This document shows positions 22,775 to 33,062 of a stretch of 42,177 nt of DNA, in pieces (within the stretch, counting starts at the first letter, position 1; the number at the start of each line of letters is the position of its first letter). Source of the stretch: Phoronis australis (lineage: Eukaryota; Animalia; Phoronida). The notes beneath the pieces are model-generated. The model ran no database searches and had not been told where the DNA came from. It saw nothing but the letters and a program-made list of their open reading frames with translations. The stretch spans positions 1-42,177 of the forward strand of contig NMRA01001186.1 of the NCBI GenBank assembly GCA_002633005.1, read 5' to 3'. A program made the position numbers and the translations under genes.

Positions 22775-23500
22775 TTAATTAACTTAAGTTGAGTAATGTA
22801 ATGATTAAATTTTCGTGATCACCTGTCCAGCATATCAAACTTGTTCATGGAAAATAGATTATTAAATAGCGGTTCCATACACTCGAGGGATACCAGGCAT
22901 TCTACCGAGACATTTCATTCCAATTTATCATAACGTATAGAGAATTGTTGAAAGAATATGAGTTACTTTAGAAAATGAATTGAGCTTTGGAAACTGAGTT
23001 GTTTATACTCAACACGGTTTGGTTTGATTAAATAATTATTATGTTGAGCAAGTTTAAATTTACGAATACCATTTAAAAGTTATAAAAAATCACATTCTAT
23101 TAACCATGTATTTCAAGTTGTTATTAAAAATTAGTATTTTCTGTTACATGAGACCTCTGACCTTGTTTGTGGCCATTTTATTTAGCTCATGTGGGTGGCA
23201 TACAAACTCTTATTAATAACAAAGCAGCCAGGTATTATGTATAGCGCACACACTGACACAGATGTTTCCTCATAAATTAGACAGCATTACGAGTCGTCAC
23301 TCCTGTGTGGCTCTCTGCACATGGCAGAAGAAACGCTGTTTCTAAATCTATTGGACTATTCAACCTGTTACCATTGGCACAACGGTTTTAGTGGCTCATT
23401 TGTTTGATGTTCTTTAGGTGCTACAGTGTTATTTGTAGAATGTGCACAGGTGCATGGTACGGTCATGGTGGTCAATGATGTTATCTTCTTTCATCATGGA

Positions 23501-23695
23501 CCACCATGAGTGTATCGCAATCTTGTACTCATTCTTCTAAGACTGTTGTAATACCTGAAGAAGGCCGTAGACATAACTGACCAAAACATCTTGCCAATAT
23601 AAGTGGGCTAGAGTAGGTGTGAATAGATCAATAGATTTCTCAGAAATGGTGTTAGTATACCGCCAGCCCACCAAAAGACGGTTTCAGGAAGTTAT
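23501..23695 (+). repeat. Diverged copy of the hammerhead-like module seen at 13.4-13.8 kb
   Basis: GAGTGTA..CTCATTCTTCTAAGA..ACCTGAAGAAGGCCG..CTGACCAAAAC..CTAGAG..GTGTGAATAGATCAATAGATTT aligns by eye with 13687-13825. Confidence 0.55.
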
Positions 23696-23881
23696 GACAG
23701 AAGCAACGATTAGTCAAGATTTTTGGCAAAAACCGTAATACTGATACTAAGCACACTATGGCAACTTTATGTTTAAGACGACATGATTTTTACTTTTGAC
23801 TCTTGTTGAGTTTATGCCACCAAATCCACTGGTGGATCGTCTGCTGGGGCCGCAACGTGGACGCTCCCAGAATGTGACTGT

Positions 23882-26224
23882 CTACTGTGCCGCAACGTGG
23901 TCGCTCCCAGAATGGGACTGTCTACTGTGTACTCTCTGACTATTTAGTGATTGTAAAACGCTGTCCTTTGTTTTCGCCGATGCCGTCCTAGTTAATTCTG
24001 CTTCGGTCTCGGCAGAGTTTGGTAAACATTCACTTTCACTGGGAACAGATGGCGCTAGTGAATGGCTTCTACTGCTATTCAGAGATTGTAAGATTCTACT
24101 TTTAGTGACTGCAGATACTGACCGCGAGTTCCCAACTGACTCCTGTGTCGATGTCGTGTCATTGCTATCACGAGTCATGGCAGTTCCCTGTCTGCCTCCG
24201 CTATTTGGATAATCATCCATTTGAATGTCAACGTATTCAGGTCTATTGATTTTGATTTCCTCATTATTTGGCACTTTCTCCCCCGGCATTGTTGTAAGTT
24301 TCGTCGTTTTCAAGTGTCCGCGTTGTTTGCAAATGCCGTACAGCATTACCGCAAAGAGCACGACTAGCATGACTCCATTTGCAATGATTGCAATTATTGT
24401 CACTTGGAGATTGGACAAGAGAACTAAAATGATGAACACCGCCGTCAGCGCGTAATTCATCTCTGGATTCGCTGTCTTGTCAAACAGAACCGCAAACATA
24501 ATAATGAGCGTAGACCAGGCAAACACAAGCAGAAGTATCCACCACTCCTTAAGTGCATACAGAATGCGCTGCGACAACGGCACTAGCTCGATGTCTCTGA
24601 GACGCGCCGGCGTCGACATGGTGTTCTCACTAGCATAGTCTATTACACCCTCCACGAATGCTCCGTACTCGTCCTCCAGATCCTTGCGGAACTTTTCTTC
24701 CTGGATCACAAACAAGTTGATCTTGATCAACATCTCTAACACCCAAATATAGTTGACGAGTACAAAGAGTACAAGACTGAATATGGGCAGCACTATGGTG
24801 CACGCGATCATAAACGCCGTGGTAAATGAGCAATAGTAGTCGCTCCTACCCTCATTTTCTTTGTGTACCTGAGCCCCGAGCATGACGAGCATGATGCCGA
24901 ACAACAGTGTGTTACCTATCAGCTCGATGAACAAGCGAACGGTGATGTTGCCCATGAATTTCTGTTTGACGTCCGTGATTGTTGGAATCTTCTCGCGAAT
25001 GTCTTTGAGGAGCCTCCAGGCCATACGCATTCGGATGAAGTAGGTGTAAAGCAGATCGAGTACGTCAATGATGAGCAGGATCATAGTGACTATGTTCTCC
25101 CATTTGTCGAAGCGATACGCCTTCTCAACTGTTACGCCAAAGAGTGCACATATTATAAGTGGATAGAGCAAAAGCTCAGTTAATAAGTTCTCTCCATATT
25201 GCTGTTTCTTATCAAAACTCTCCTGGGAGACTTCGTCCAATGCCTTATAATAAGGCAATCTCTTGATAAACCATACGCACAGCAGAAACAAGATTTCCAA
25301 GATGTCGAAAATCAGCGCTGTCAACTTGAAGTATAGGAAAACGGGAGAAGTAGCGAGATCATATATTGTCAATGAAAGACTTGTTATAAACAACATATGG
25401 GGAATTGCCCTGTTGATGGTATTCCACAGCTTGCTGAGGGGTTTGTCGGTAACCATGTCAATGACTTTGAGACTCTCGGCAATCTGTTCCTTGTTCTCCT
25501 CGTATGGAATACTCTGTGTTACCTTAGTGTAGACCTTGGTAACTATCCATGCTGTGTAGGCACTGGATCGGAATTTTGTGTTGTTAATAGTGGCGTCGTT
25601 CTTTTGAACCGTGCGGTAGACCACACGCTCCACTTTGAGCGGGAAGTGTGTCACGTATTCTGGCGGCTCTGGCGGGATAAAGTTATCCTCTTCTTCACCG
25701 TCTTCCTTCCACTCATCTCCAGAGCTGTTGCTGCCACCATCTCCATCAAAACCATCAAAGCCCTCGTTATCGGCGCTGTTGGCTGTGTTTAGTTTTCCCT
25801 TCTTGCCCCATCGCCTTCGTTTTTTAAACAACTTCCCTTCACTGGAGAATATGTCTTGCATCCATGGTTCATTCTTCTGCCTCTGTGCCTTTTTCGCCCG
25901 TTTTGTCACGGTAAACATGTCGTAATCGTCATCCTCTTCGGCTTCCTTTTGATTTTTGTCTTTCATCGCTTTCTCCTTGCGTAACCTGGCCGCTCTGTTT
26001 GTTCTGTAGCCCACCTTTTTCTTCATCTTTTCACGGACCCTGCCTACATTTTCACTCATTCTGCGTCTATTTTGCCTACTGGACGTGCCCGACTGGCCTG
26101 GGGCATCTGTGCTTCCAACTGCTCCTCCCAGCTCATCCCTAACATTAGGCTGGTCACTTGAAGTTGGCTCTTCTACCTCCTGGGGATCTTGACCCTGGTA
26201 GGTGGGTGATTGTCTTTGAGACAT
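23882..26224 (-). CDS. Uncharacterised multi-pass membrane protein, paralog 1 (780 aa, ~8-9 TM), nested antisense in the SGSM intron
   Basis: 2.3-kb uninterrupted ORF; hydrophobic helices in aa ~275-630; acceptor catttcag at 26235-26236, 10 nt before the ATG; clear homology to 30849-32447. Confidence 0.9.
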   Translation of the reverse strand: MSQRQSPTYQGQDPQEVEEPTSSDQPNVRDELGGAVGSTDAPGQSGTSSRQNRRRMSENVGRVREKMKKKVGYRTNRAARLRKEKAMKDKNQKEAEEDDDYDMFTVTKRAKKAQRQKNEPWMQDIFSSEGKLFKKRRRWGKKGKLNTANSADNEGFDGFDGDGGSNSSGDEWKEDGEEEDNFIPPEPPEYVTHFPLKVERVVYRTVQKNDATINNTKFRSSAYTAWIVTKVYTKVTQSIPYEENKEQIAESLKVIDMVTDKPLSKLWNTINRAIPHMLFITSLSLTIYDLATSPVFLYFKLTALIFDILEILFLLCVWFIKRLPYYKALDEVSQESFDKKQQYGENLLTELLLYPLIICALFGVTVEKAYRFDKWENIVTMILLIIDVLDLLYTYFIRMRMAWRLLKDIREKIPTITDVKQKFMGNITVRLFIELIGNTLLFGIMLVMLGAQVHKENEGRSDYYCSFTTAFMIACTIVLPIFSLVLFVLVNYIWVLEMLIKINLFVIQEEKFRKDLEDEYGAFVEGVIDYASENTMSTPARLRDIELVPLSQRILYALKEWWILLLVFAWSTLIIMFAVLFDKTANPEMNYALTAVFIILVLLSNLQVTIIAIIANGVMLVVLFAVMLYGICKQRGHLKTTKLTTMPGEKVPNNEEIKINRPEYVDIQMDDYPNSGGRQGTAMTRDSNDTTSTQESVGNSRSVSAVTKSRILQSLNSSRSHSLAPSVPSESECLPNSAETEAELTRTASAKTKDSVLQSLNSQRVHSRQSHSGSDHVAAQ

Positions 26225-26408
26225 GATTCTCTACCTGAAATGCAAATTTCAACCTTTTGTATTAATCTGCAACATTTGGCCAGCTAGGTCCCTGAATGTG
26301 GAAATAGTTCCTAACGATGAGAAATTCAAAAGTCCGGTTCATGAAAAATGACTTCAGCTCTAAGGTAGAAACTTTTTTTGTGTGCTCATTACATTTTGTG
26401 AAAACTTG

Positions 26409-26694
26409 TTTTAACCCACAGTCTCTGAGAATATATTACCTTTTAACCCACAGTCTCTGAGAATATATTACCTTTTAACCCACAGTCTCTGAGAATATAT
26501 TACCTTTTAACCCACAGTCTCTGAGAATATATTACCTTTTAACCCACAGTCTCTGAGAATATATTACCTTTTAACCCACAGTCTCTGAGAATATATTACC
26601 TTTTAACCCACAGTCTCTGAGAATATATTACCTTTTAACCCACAGTCTCTGAGAATATATTACCTTTTAACCCACAGTCTCTGAGAATATATTA
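26409..26694. repeat. Perfect 32-bp tandem repeat x ~9 (TTTTAACCCACAGTCTCTGAGAATATATTACC)
   Basis: Identical head-to-tail units with no spacers, ending at the single N at 26695. Confidence 0.95.
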
Positions 26695-26695
26695 N

Positions 26696-26998
26696 CATTA
26701 GGCTGGTCACTTGAAGTTGGCTCTTCTATCTCCTGGGGATCTTGACCCTGGGAGGTGGGTGATTGTCTTTGAGACATGATTCTCTACCTGAAATACAAAT
26801 TTCAACCTTTTGTAATAATCTGCAACATTTGGCCAGCTAGGTCCCTGAATGTGGAAATAGTTCCTACCGATGAGAAATTCAAAAGTCCGGTTCATGAAAA
26901 ATGACTTCAGCTGTAAGGTAGAAACTTTTTTTGTTTGCTCATTACATTTTGTGAAAACTTGTTTTAACCCACAGTCTCTGAGAATATATTACCTTTTA
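26696..26998. other. Near-identical duplicate of 26143-26444 (start of paralog 1 plus flank), likely the alternate haplotype
   Basis: Begins right after a single N; a handful of substitutions/indels; carries only one 32-bp unit. Confidence 0.75.
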
Positions 26999-28805
26999 TT
27001 GCAAGTTAATGACCAATAATTTTTATAAATTCTCCAAATACTGATGACAATGACATGGTAAATACTAACTGCTGAGTGAGAGTTTAAATATTTGAGTTTT
27101 GCTTGTATCTCGTTTGTTTAACAGACCCCTGGCTGACGTCTGTGTAACATAACATTTGTGTTATACACCAGGTTATCATCCCAAGTTTTTGTATTTTAAT
27201 TACGTTATTATGTGGCATCTTAAGATTTGTTCAAATTATGACAAAAACCCTGGAGGGGTCAGAAGATTATTACTGTAACAATCTTTGATCCAAAGATTCA
27301 CCAATTTTTATGACTGTTTTTCTTCCAAATTGTTTGGATTCACCAATTTTTAATACAGTTGTTTTTCATTGAAAAGTCCTGTACGTGCTATCTGCAAATA
27401 TCACAGAATTACTTAAAGGTAAAGAATAATAACATGAATCTGCTGACAGTAGGAGGTTTTGTGGAATTTCTTTTCCATGTCACACAAAAATAACAATTTT
27501 TCTTTGTTTTCAGAGGCTGGATTTAACTTTTGTCCCAGTGAAATGCCTTAAAATTGAAAATTCTGGACTGTTAAAACACCTCCTGGAAACGTTCTGTTGA
27601 AATTATGTATTTTTTGATTTCGTTCATTTTTAAATGTTAATCCAGTTCATTTTCAAGTTCATGAAAACTGTGATCATAAAATCTTTTACCTGGTACTATG
27701 AACTTTTAAAGATGAGGCAACCATTTTTATGTTACTTTTAGTTAAAATGTATTTCCCTGGTCACCTTGAAGAGATTTTTCTGTGTTGATAACAGTTTCCT
27801 TGATGTTTGTTTACTATCTATGGAACAATTAATCGTAAAGAATTGTTGGATTCCGAATTTAGGACGTCTTGTAATTTATTCAAAGAGCGTTGTTCTTTAT
27901 TCCAAAATGCCAGCATTTTTGCCGAGCATTTTTGCCGAGCATTTTTCAATTGGTGTATTTTCATATGCCACCTCAGCAGAAAGTCCTATTTACAAACTTC
28001 CACAACACTCACTATTGTCAGGTTTGACTGTTTACCCTTTTGGCGTTGTTTGCTTTAAGTATTGAGTCTATACATTTAACCAAATATTTAAAGTACTTAA
28101 CAGTAATTTCCGAGAATAGGCCCCTGGGCAAATAGTTGGATAAGGACTTCAATAACCTCAAATGAAACTGAAAATACGGCCAGATCGAACAGGGGTGTAT
28201 TTTCAGAAACTGTGTTACTAAAACTGTCCTTTATACTGTGTTGATATAATTAGTTTCCCAATATCTTGTTAAATCCAAAATATAGTATCTTGTCAAAAGA
28301 AACTAAATTTTACATCAAAACACATTACAAACGTATTTCAGAACAATACATCAGCTTTTCAAAACATGCAAACAGTTACCAAAAATACTACCATGGGCAT
28401 ACTTTTGGATGGTTCTTTTTTACAGGGTCAGGTGATTGTGTTTTGTATTAAATTATAGTGATAGAGAAAGGCGCAAATCAGGTGCAAAATAAACTATGTC
28501 AACATTATGATTGAATATCGTTTGACGCAAATGTTCAAGATGCATTCTGACTCATTCTTACTTTCATTTTCATTTTGCGCAATGCTTTGACGGCCCCTCA
28601 CGCCAAGTGGAACCCTTTAAAACAGTTCCTTCCAGCGTTTTAGTGAACAATGCATGAAATTCGTTATCTGAACGTTTCATCAAACTCTGGGCCTGTAATC
28701 CTAAGCCCCGAACTCAAAATCAAACTTAAAATTATTCTTCACATTTTTTGTTTTACTTTTGTGTGAGCTAAGATAAGTGTCTATTATGTTGTGCAACAGT
28801 ACATA

Positions 28806-29010
28806 CCGTAATCGTTCGGGTTAACGCCCTGGGCGGTTAAATTGGCGAACCCAAAAAATCGGGGGTGGGCGGTTAACCAGACATGGGCGCTTAAACGTGA
28901 AATTTCAAGAAATCGGAGGGGGGCGGTTAACTGAACATGGGCGCTTATTACGACAGGCAACCGCCCTGGGCGGTTAATCTTACCTTATGATCTGAGTCAC
29001 CACACGTACT
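28806..29010 (+). mobile_element. End of a pogo/mariner-type MITE inserted at TA (broken by the N join)
   Basis: TA|CCGTAATCGTTCGGGTTAACGCCC with repeated GGGCGGTTAA/GGGCGCTTA motifs; the duplicate flank at 29536 lacks it. Confidence 0.65.
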
Positions 29011-29011
29011 N

Positions 29012-29132
29012 TTCCGGTCCTTTCTATTTTTGTCGGCAAAAGGTCGACACCGACTTTTTCAAGGCTGACTGCGCGCATGTTTCGGGCCGTAAAAATTTCC
29101 GCGTTTTTCGCCATTGGTCATTCCAAGCCCTG
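29012..29132. mobile_element. End of a hAT-like MITE (terminus CAGGGCTTG on - strand)
   Basis: Ends ...CAAGCCCTG|ACTTTTGG; the duplicate flank at 28401 lacks it. Confidence 0.5.
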
Positions 29133-30405
29133 ACTTTTGGATGGTTCTTTGTTATAGGGTCAGGTGATTGTGTTTTGTATTAAAATATAGTGATAGAGAA
29201 AGGCGCAAATCAGGTGCAAAATAAACTGTATCGACATTATGATTGAATATCGTTTGACGCAAATGTTCAAGATGCATTCCGACTCATTTTTACTTTCATT
29301 TTCATTTTGCGCAATGCTTTGACAGCCCCTCACGCCAAGTGGAACCCTTTAAAACAGTTCCTTCCAGCGTTTTAGTGAACAATGCATGAAATTCGTTATC
29401 TGAACGTTTCATCAAACTCTGGGCCTGTAATCCTAAGCCCCGAACTCAAAATCAAACTTAAAATTATTTTTCACATTTTTTGTTTTACTTTTGTGTGAGC
29501 TAAGATAACTGTTTATTATGTTGTGCAACAGTACATACTACATTAGTATTTGGTTCAGTTTGCACCTAATCACCCCTGGATTTGAGATACAACCATATAC
29601 AAACTCGAGGTTTCAGAGTTCAGACTCTAAATTATAGCCTTTGGTGCTCAGGTCATGCAAAATAGGTTTAGGATATCATCCACTTAAATTAGGGTATCAT
29701 CCACTTTAATTAGGATATCATCCACTTGAATCATAATTTTCTCAAACACAGACACATAGCTTGAGTTCACACAAAAGCGTACCGGAAAATATAAGAAATA
29801 ACTGGACATTTTTCTAAGCTCTCGCTTTTTTCACTCTTCTGAATTGTTATCCCAGTTTACCACTTTCATTTCACAATCTTACCTGTTGTTATATGATCCT
29901 AGTTGTTACATAACCTGACACAGAACCAACCTTGAGAGGTACCTCTCTGGAAAGAAGACTTGATTGGTTTCTGTTCACATGTTAAGAGTAATGGTTGTTT
30001 TTTTCGTGTCTGCCTGAGGAAGTCCCAATGCCTCAACCTGCTGTTACCACTGGCTTCAGCAAAATTGGTTTCTTGAGCCCAATTCCTCATGGGGCTCCTA
30101 ACCTCAAAAACAGCATCCGTTGATTTTTTTTCTGTCTTGTTCATTAAATGTAAATGTGGCAATGTTCAGTTATTTTAACTCTTGTGGTCCTTATTGCCCA
30201 TCCTTTGTCAAAGTGATTTTTTGTACTCCTGCTTTGGAATATTTTTAAAACAGAAAATTTAAAATAGGACTTGTGTATTTGTCCCTTGGGAACCTACCGA
30301 AAGCTGAGTATGGTTTGCCTTAAGAATGGGCCTATAATGACTATACTGTTGTGGCATAATGCATCACTGGGTTTGTATTGAACTAATTGTCTACAAAGCT
30401 CAATA

Positions 30406-30641
30406 NNNNNNNNNNNNNNNNNNNNNNNNNNNNNNNNNNNNNNNNNNNNNNNNNNNNNNNNNNNNNNNNNNNNNNNNNNNNNNNNNNNNNNNNNNNNNNN
30501 NNNNNNNNNNNNNNNNNNNNNNNNNNNNNNNNNNNNNNNNNNNNNNNNNNNNNNNNNNNNNNNNNNNNNNNNNNNNNNNNNNNNNNNNNNNNNNNNNNNN
30601 NNNNNNNNNNNNNNNNNNNNNNNNNNNNNNNNNNNNNNNNN
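30406..30641. other. Assembly gap (236 N)
   Basis: Run of N. Confidence 1.
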
Positions 30642-30848
30642 TTTAAGTCCTTAAAACCACCTGTCCTGTAAATTTTATTTTTAACTGACCATGCTGTGCT
30701 TATTTGTTTGGTTTCTAAGGTTTCACTAGTGTGACCCAGTGATCTCCCAATAATCACGAGACTGGTGTCTGATATGACCATTTTTCTGCCAAGTTGGCAC
30801 CAGAAGCTGCGAATGATCAAGGCATTATTGCGACCTCATGTCAGGGAA

Positions 30849-32447
30849 TCAGGCAACTTCAGTCATTTGTCTTTGGTAACTGCCAGGAAGTCGGTCGTTG
30901 TCATCGTCGTAGCTTGGCAATGGCTCGTTTGGATCTGATGACTGGCAGCCACATTTATGAGCAAGCCAAGAGATCAAGTTGGCGCCGGTATACACGATCA
31001 TCACTAGCACTAAACTGGCCACTTGGTAGTTGCAGATGCCGACGAATAGAACACAAAGAAACCGCAACGGCGTACCAAACGTGTAAAAATTGGCGTTGAA
31101 TGCTACGCCATACATACAAGCAAAACCCGTGTACAGGATTAGTATAATACAACATTTCCACTCGTTTAATGGGTAGAAATATTTTTGAGACCTGCTGGTT
31201 TTTTGAATATCCTCTAGACGGTCTTTGGTAGCGTCTGTGTTCTTTAGTGTATATTCCAAAATGGTTTTCGCAACGGGTGCTTCAACTTCCTCCGCGGTAT
31301 TGTAGATTTCATCGTTGGATTTGGATACATTGAGGTTTATTGATATGAACATCTCGAGCAGCCAATAATAATTGGCCACGCAGAACAAGGCGACGCCCGT
31401 TAATGGCAAGACTAACGTTCCTAGTATCATCACGACAGTCCAGCCGGAACACGAGTAATTCGCCGTGGCGGCAGTGCTATTTTCCGTGTGAATTTGAAGG
31501 GCCAACATCCCAAGCAAGGCACCGAATAGAACTGAGTTGAATATGAGTACAATAAAAAATCTTGTTGTTATGTGGCATAACAGACATTCATGGGCAGTAT
31601 TGATCTGTTTTCGAATTGACAGCATGATCTTCCTGGCCATGTATATTCGAATGCCGTAGATGTACGTCAGGGCCATCACATCAAAAGTCAAAAGAATAAG
31701 TTCTAAAGTTGCTTGAGGGGTGTTTGGATTGTAGGTCCGACCCACCACGATCGAAAATGTTGTGCACATTATTGACGGATACATCAGAACTTCTTGAATA
31801 ATATTCTCTAAATATTGGAACTGTTTGTCTAGGCTTTTCTTTTTGTAGTCGTCTGCATTCTTGTAGTACGAGGTGTTCTTGAAAAACCACGTTCCAGCCA
31901 ATATCACGTTTTCCAGCACTGAAATGATTAAAGCTGGTATTTTAAAATGCAAAAATGTGGGGTCCAGACTAATGTCGATCACGCTCACAATTAAATTGAA
32001 GCCAAAAAGCATCTGCGGAATAATCCTGTTTAGCCTGTTCCATATTTGCGACAACGGTTTTTCCGTGATCTCTATTGCAACCGCTCTTCCTGTGGTTACT
32101 TGGGCAACGTTGTCCTGATGAGACATTCGCTGAGTCGTGTCCACTGCCACCCAGTTGGTTAGCTTACTCTCTGAAACCCTGTGCTTACGAACTGTTGTAG
32201 TTTTTGTCACTCTTGTTTTCTGTGACACCCTCGCGTTTGTGCCTTTCAGCACTCCAATCTGTTTTAGAGTGTCTGGATTGGTGGCCGGATTGCTGCTCTC
32301 CTCTCCATTAGGGTTGGTATCCGTAGCCTTGAATGAGTCACCTTTGTCCTTTGGCACACGGCGAATTATTTTTTTAGTCGTTCTAACTGTGACGACATTG
32401 GCTGGAAGCTCATCGGAGTGCTCAACGTGGATCTTCTTAACTGGCAT
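30849..32447 (-). CDS. Uncharacterised multi-pass membrane protein, paralog 2 (532 aa, ~8-9 TM), nested antisense in the SGSM intron
   Basis: 1.6-kb uninterrupted ORF; polypyrimidine tract plus cttcag acceptor (32449-32450) 1 nt before the ATG; candidate AATAAA at 30674-30679; homologous to paralog 1 from TEKPLSQIWN onward. Confidence 0.9.
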   Translation of the reverse strand: MPVKKIHVEHSDELPANVVTVRTTKKIIRRVPKDKGDSFKATDTNPNGEESSNPATNPDTLKQIGVLKGTNARVSQKTRVTKTTTVRKHRVSESKLTNWVAVDTTQRMSHQDNVAQVTTGRAVAIEITEKPLSQIWNRLNRIIPQMLFGFNLIVSVIDISLDPTFLHFKIPALIISVLENVILAGTWFFKNTSYYKNADDYKKKSLDKQFQYLENIIQEVLMYPSIMCTTFSIVVGRTYNPNTPQATLELILLTFDVMALTYIYGIRIYMARKIMLSIRKQINTAHECLLCHITTRFFIVLIFNSVLFGALLGMLALQIHTENSTAATANYSCSGWTVVMILGTLVLPLTGVALFCVANYYWLLEMFISINLNVSKSNDEIYNTAEEVEAPVAKTILEYTLKNTDATKDRLEDIQKTSRSQKYFYPLNEWKCCIILILYTGFACMYGVAFNANFYTFGTPLRFLCVLFVGICNYQVASLVLVMIVYTGANLISWLAHKCGCQSSDPNEPLPSYDDDNDRLPGSYQRQMTEVA

Positions 32448-33062
32448 TCTGAAGGAATGAAAAAAAATCTCTTTAGTTTCAATCTACTAAATGTTAAGTA
32501 GAATGGGCCTGCTTACATGTTTAAAGTGTAATATCTCACTAATTTAGGACATGATATTTTCTCATTTTTCCATAAAAGATACAGTAGCGCCACTTTAACA
32601 CTTTTCCGTGTTCAAGCTCTGGACCATAGTTACCAATAGACATTATTTTGAAAAATTGTGGACATTCACAATGATGTTAGAAGCCCTTGAAAAATGAAGA
32701 AAAACACTTTTGTCCAAAATGAGTGAGATTTCAAGTTACATAAATGCTATTGACCATATTTCAACAGGTAGTCACAGTCACCGTCCGTACACCTTCCTTG
32801 ATTGCCTTACATTGCAAACATTGTTGCATGAGTCTTGTTTGTGGAAAATTTTGCCAGAATTTTTAATGCAAAATTTTTGCTCTTGTGAAAACAGCTAACA
32901 ATTCCACAATTTCCTCATTCATGCGATTAATTTTTCAAAGCTCTGAAATAATCGTAAAAATTGACTCGCCTAGAGATGAGATGAAAGTTTTAGATGCAAG
33001 TTTATGAGCACAAAAAACCTCAGTAATACATGGCACAAAAGGTTACAAATGAAAGTGAACTA

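Noticed and set aside
21440-22778. piggyBac assignment from the TTAA TSD
   Set aside because: Termini are AGG..CCT rather than CC(C/T)..GG, and the cargo is a THAP domain
24225-25925. + strand ORFs overlapping paralog 1 (and 31873-32460 over paralog 2) as extra SGSM exons or genes
   Set aside because: Antisense shadows of real coding sequence; SGSM exons B and C already join without missing residues
26409-26694. CRISPR-like 32-bp repeats
   Set aside because: Units are head-to-tail with no spacers, there are no cas genes, and the context is eukaryotic
26696-26779. Third paralog or duplicated first coding exon
   Set aside because: Near-identical fragment starting at a single-N join; best explained as the alternate haplotype
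27706-27750. Solo Kolobok-like end (TTAA-AGATGAGGCAACC..GTTACTTTTAG)
   Set aside because: Resembles the 21444 terminus, but I found no matching second end; too short to call
30359-30820. ORFs crossing the gap
   Set aside because: Open only because of Ns
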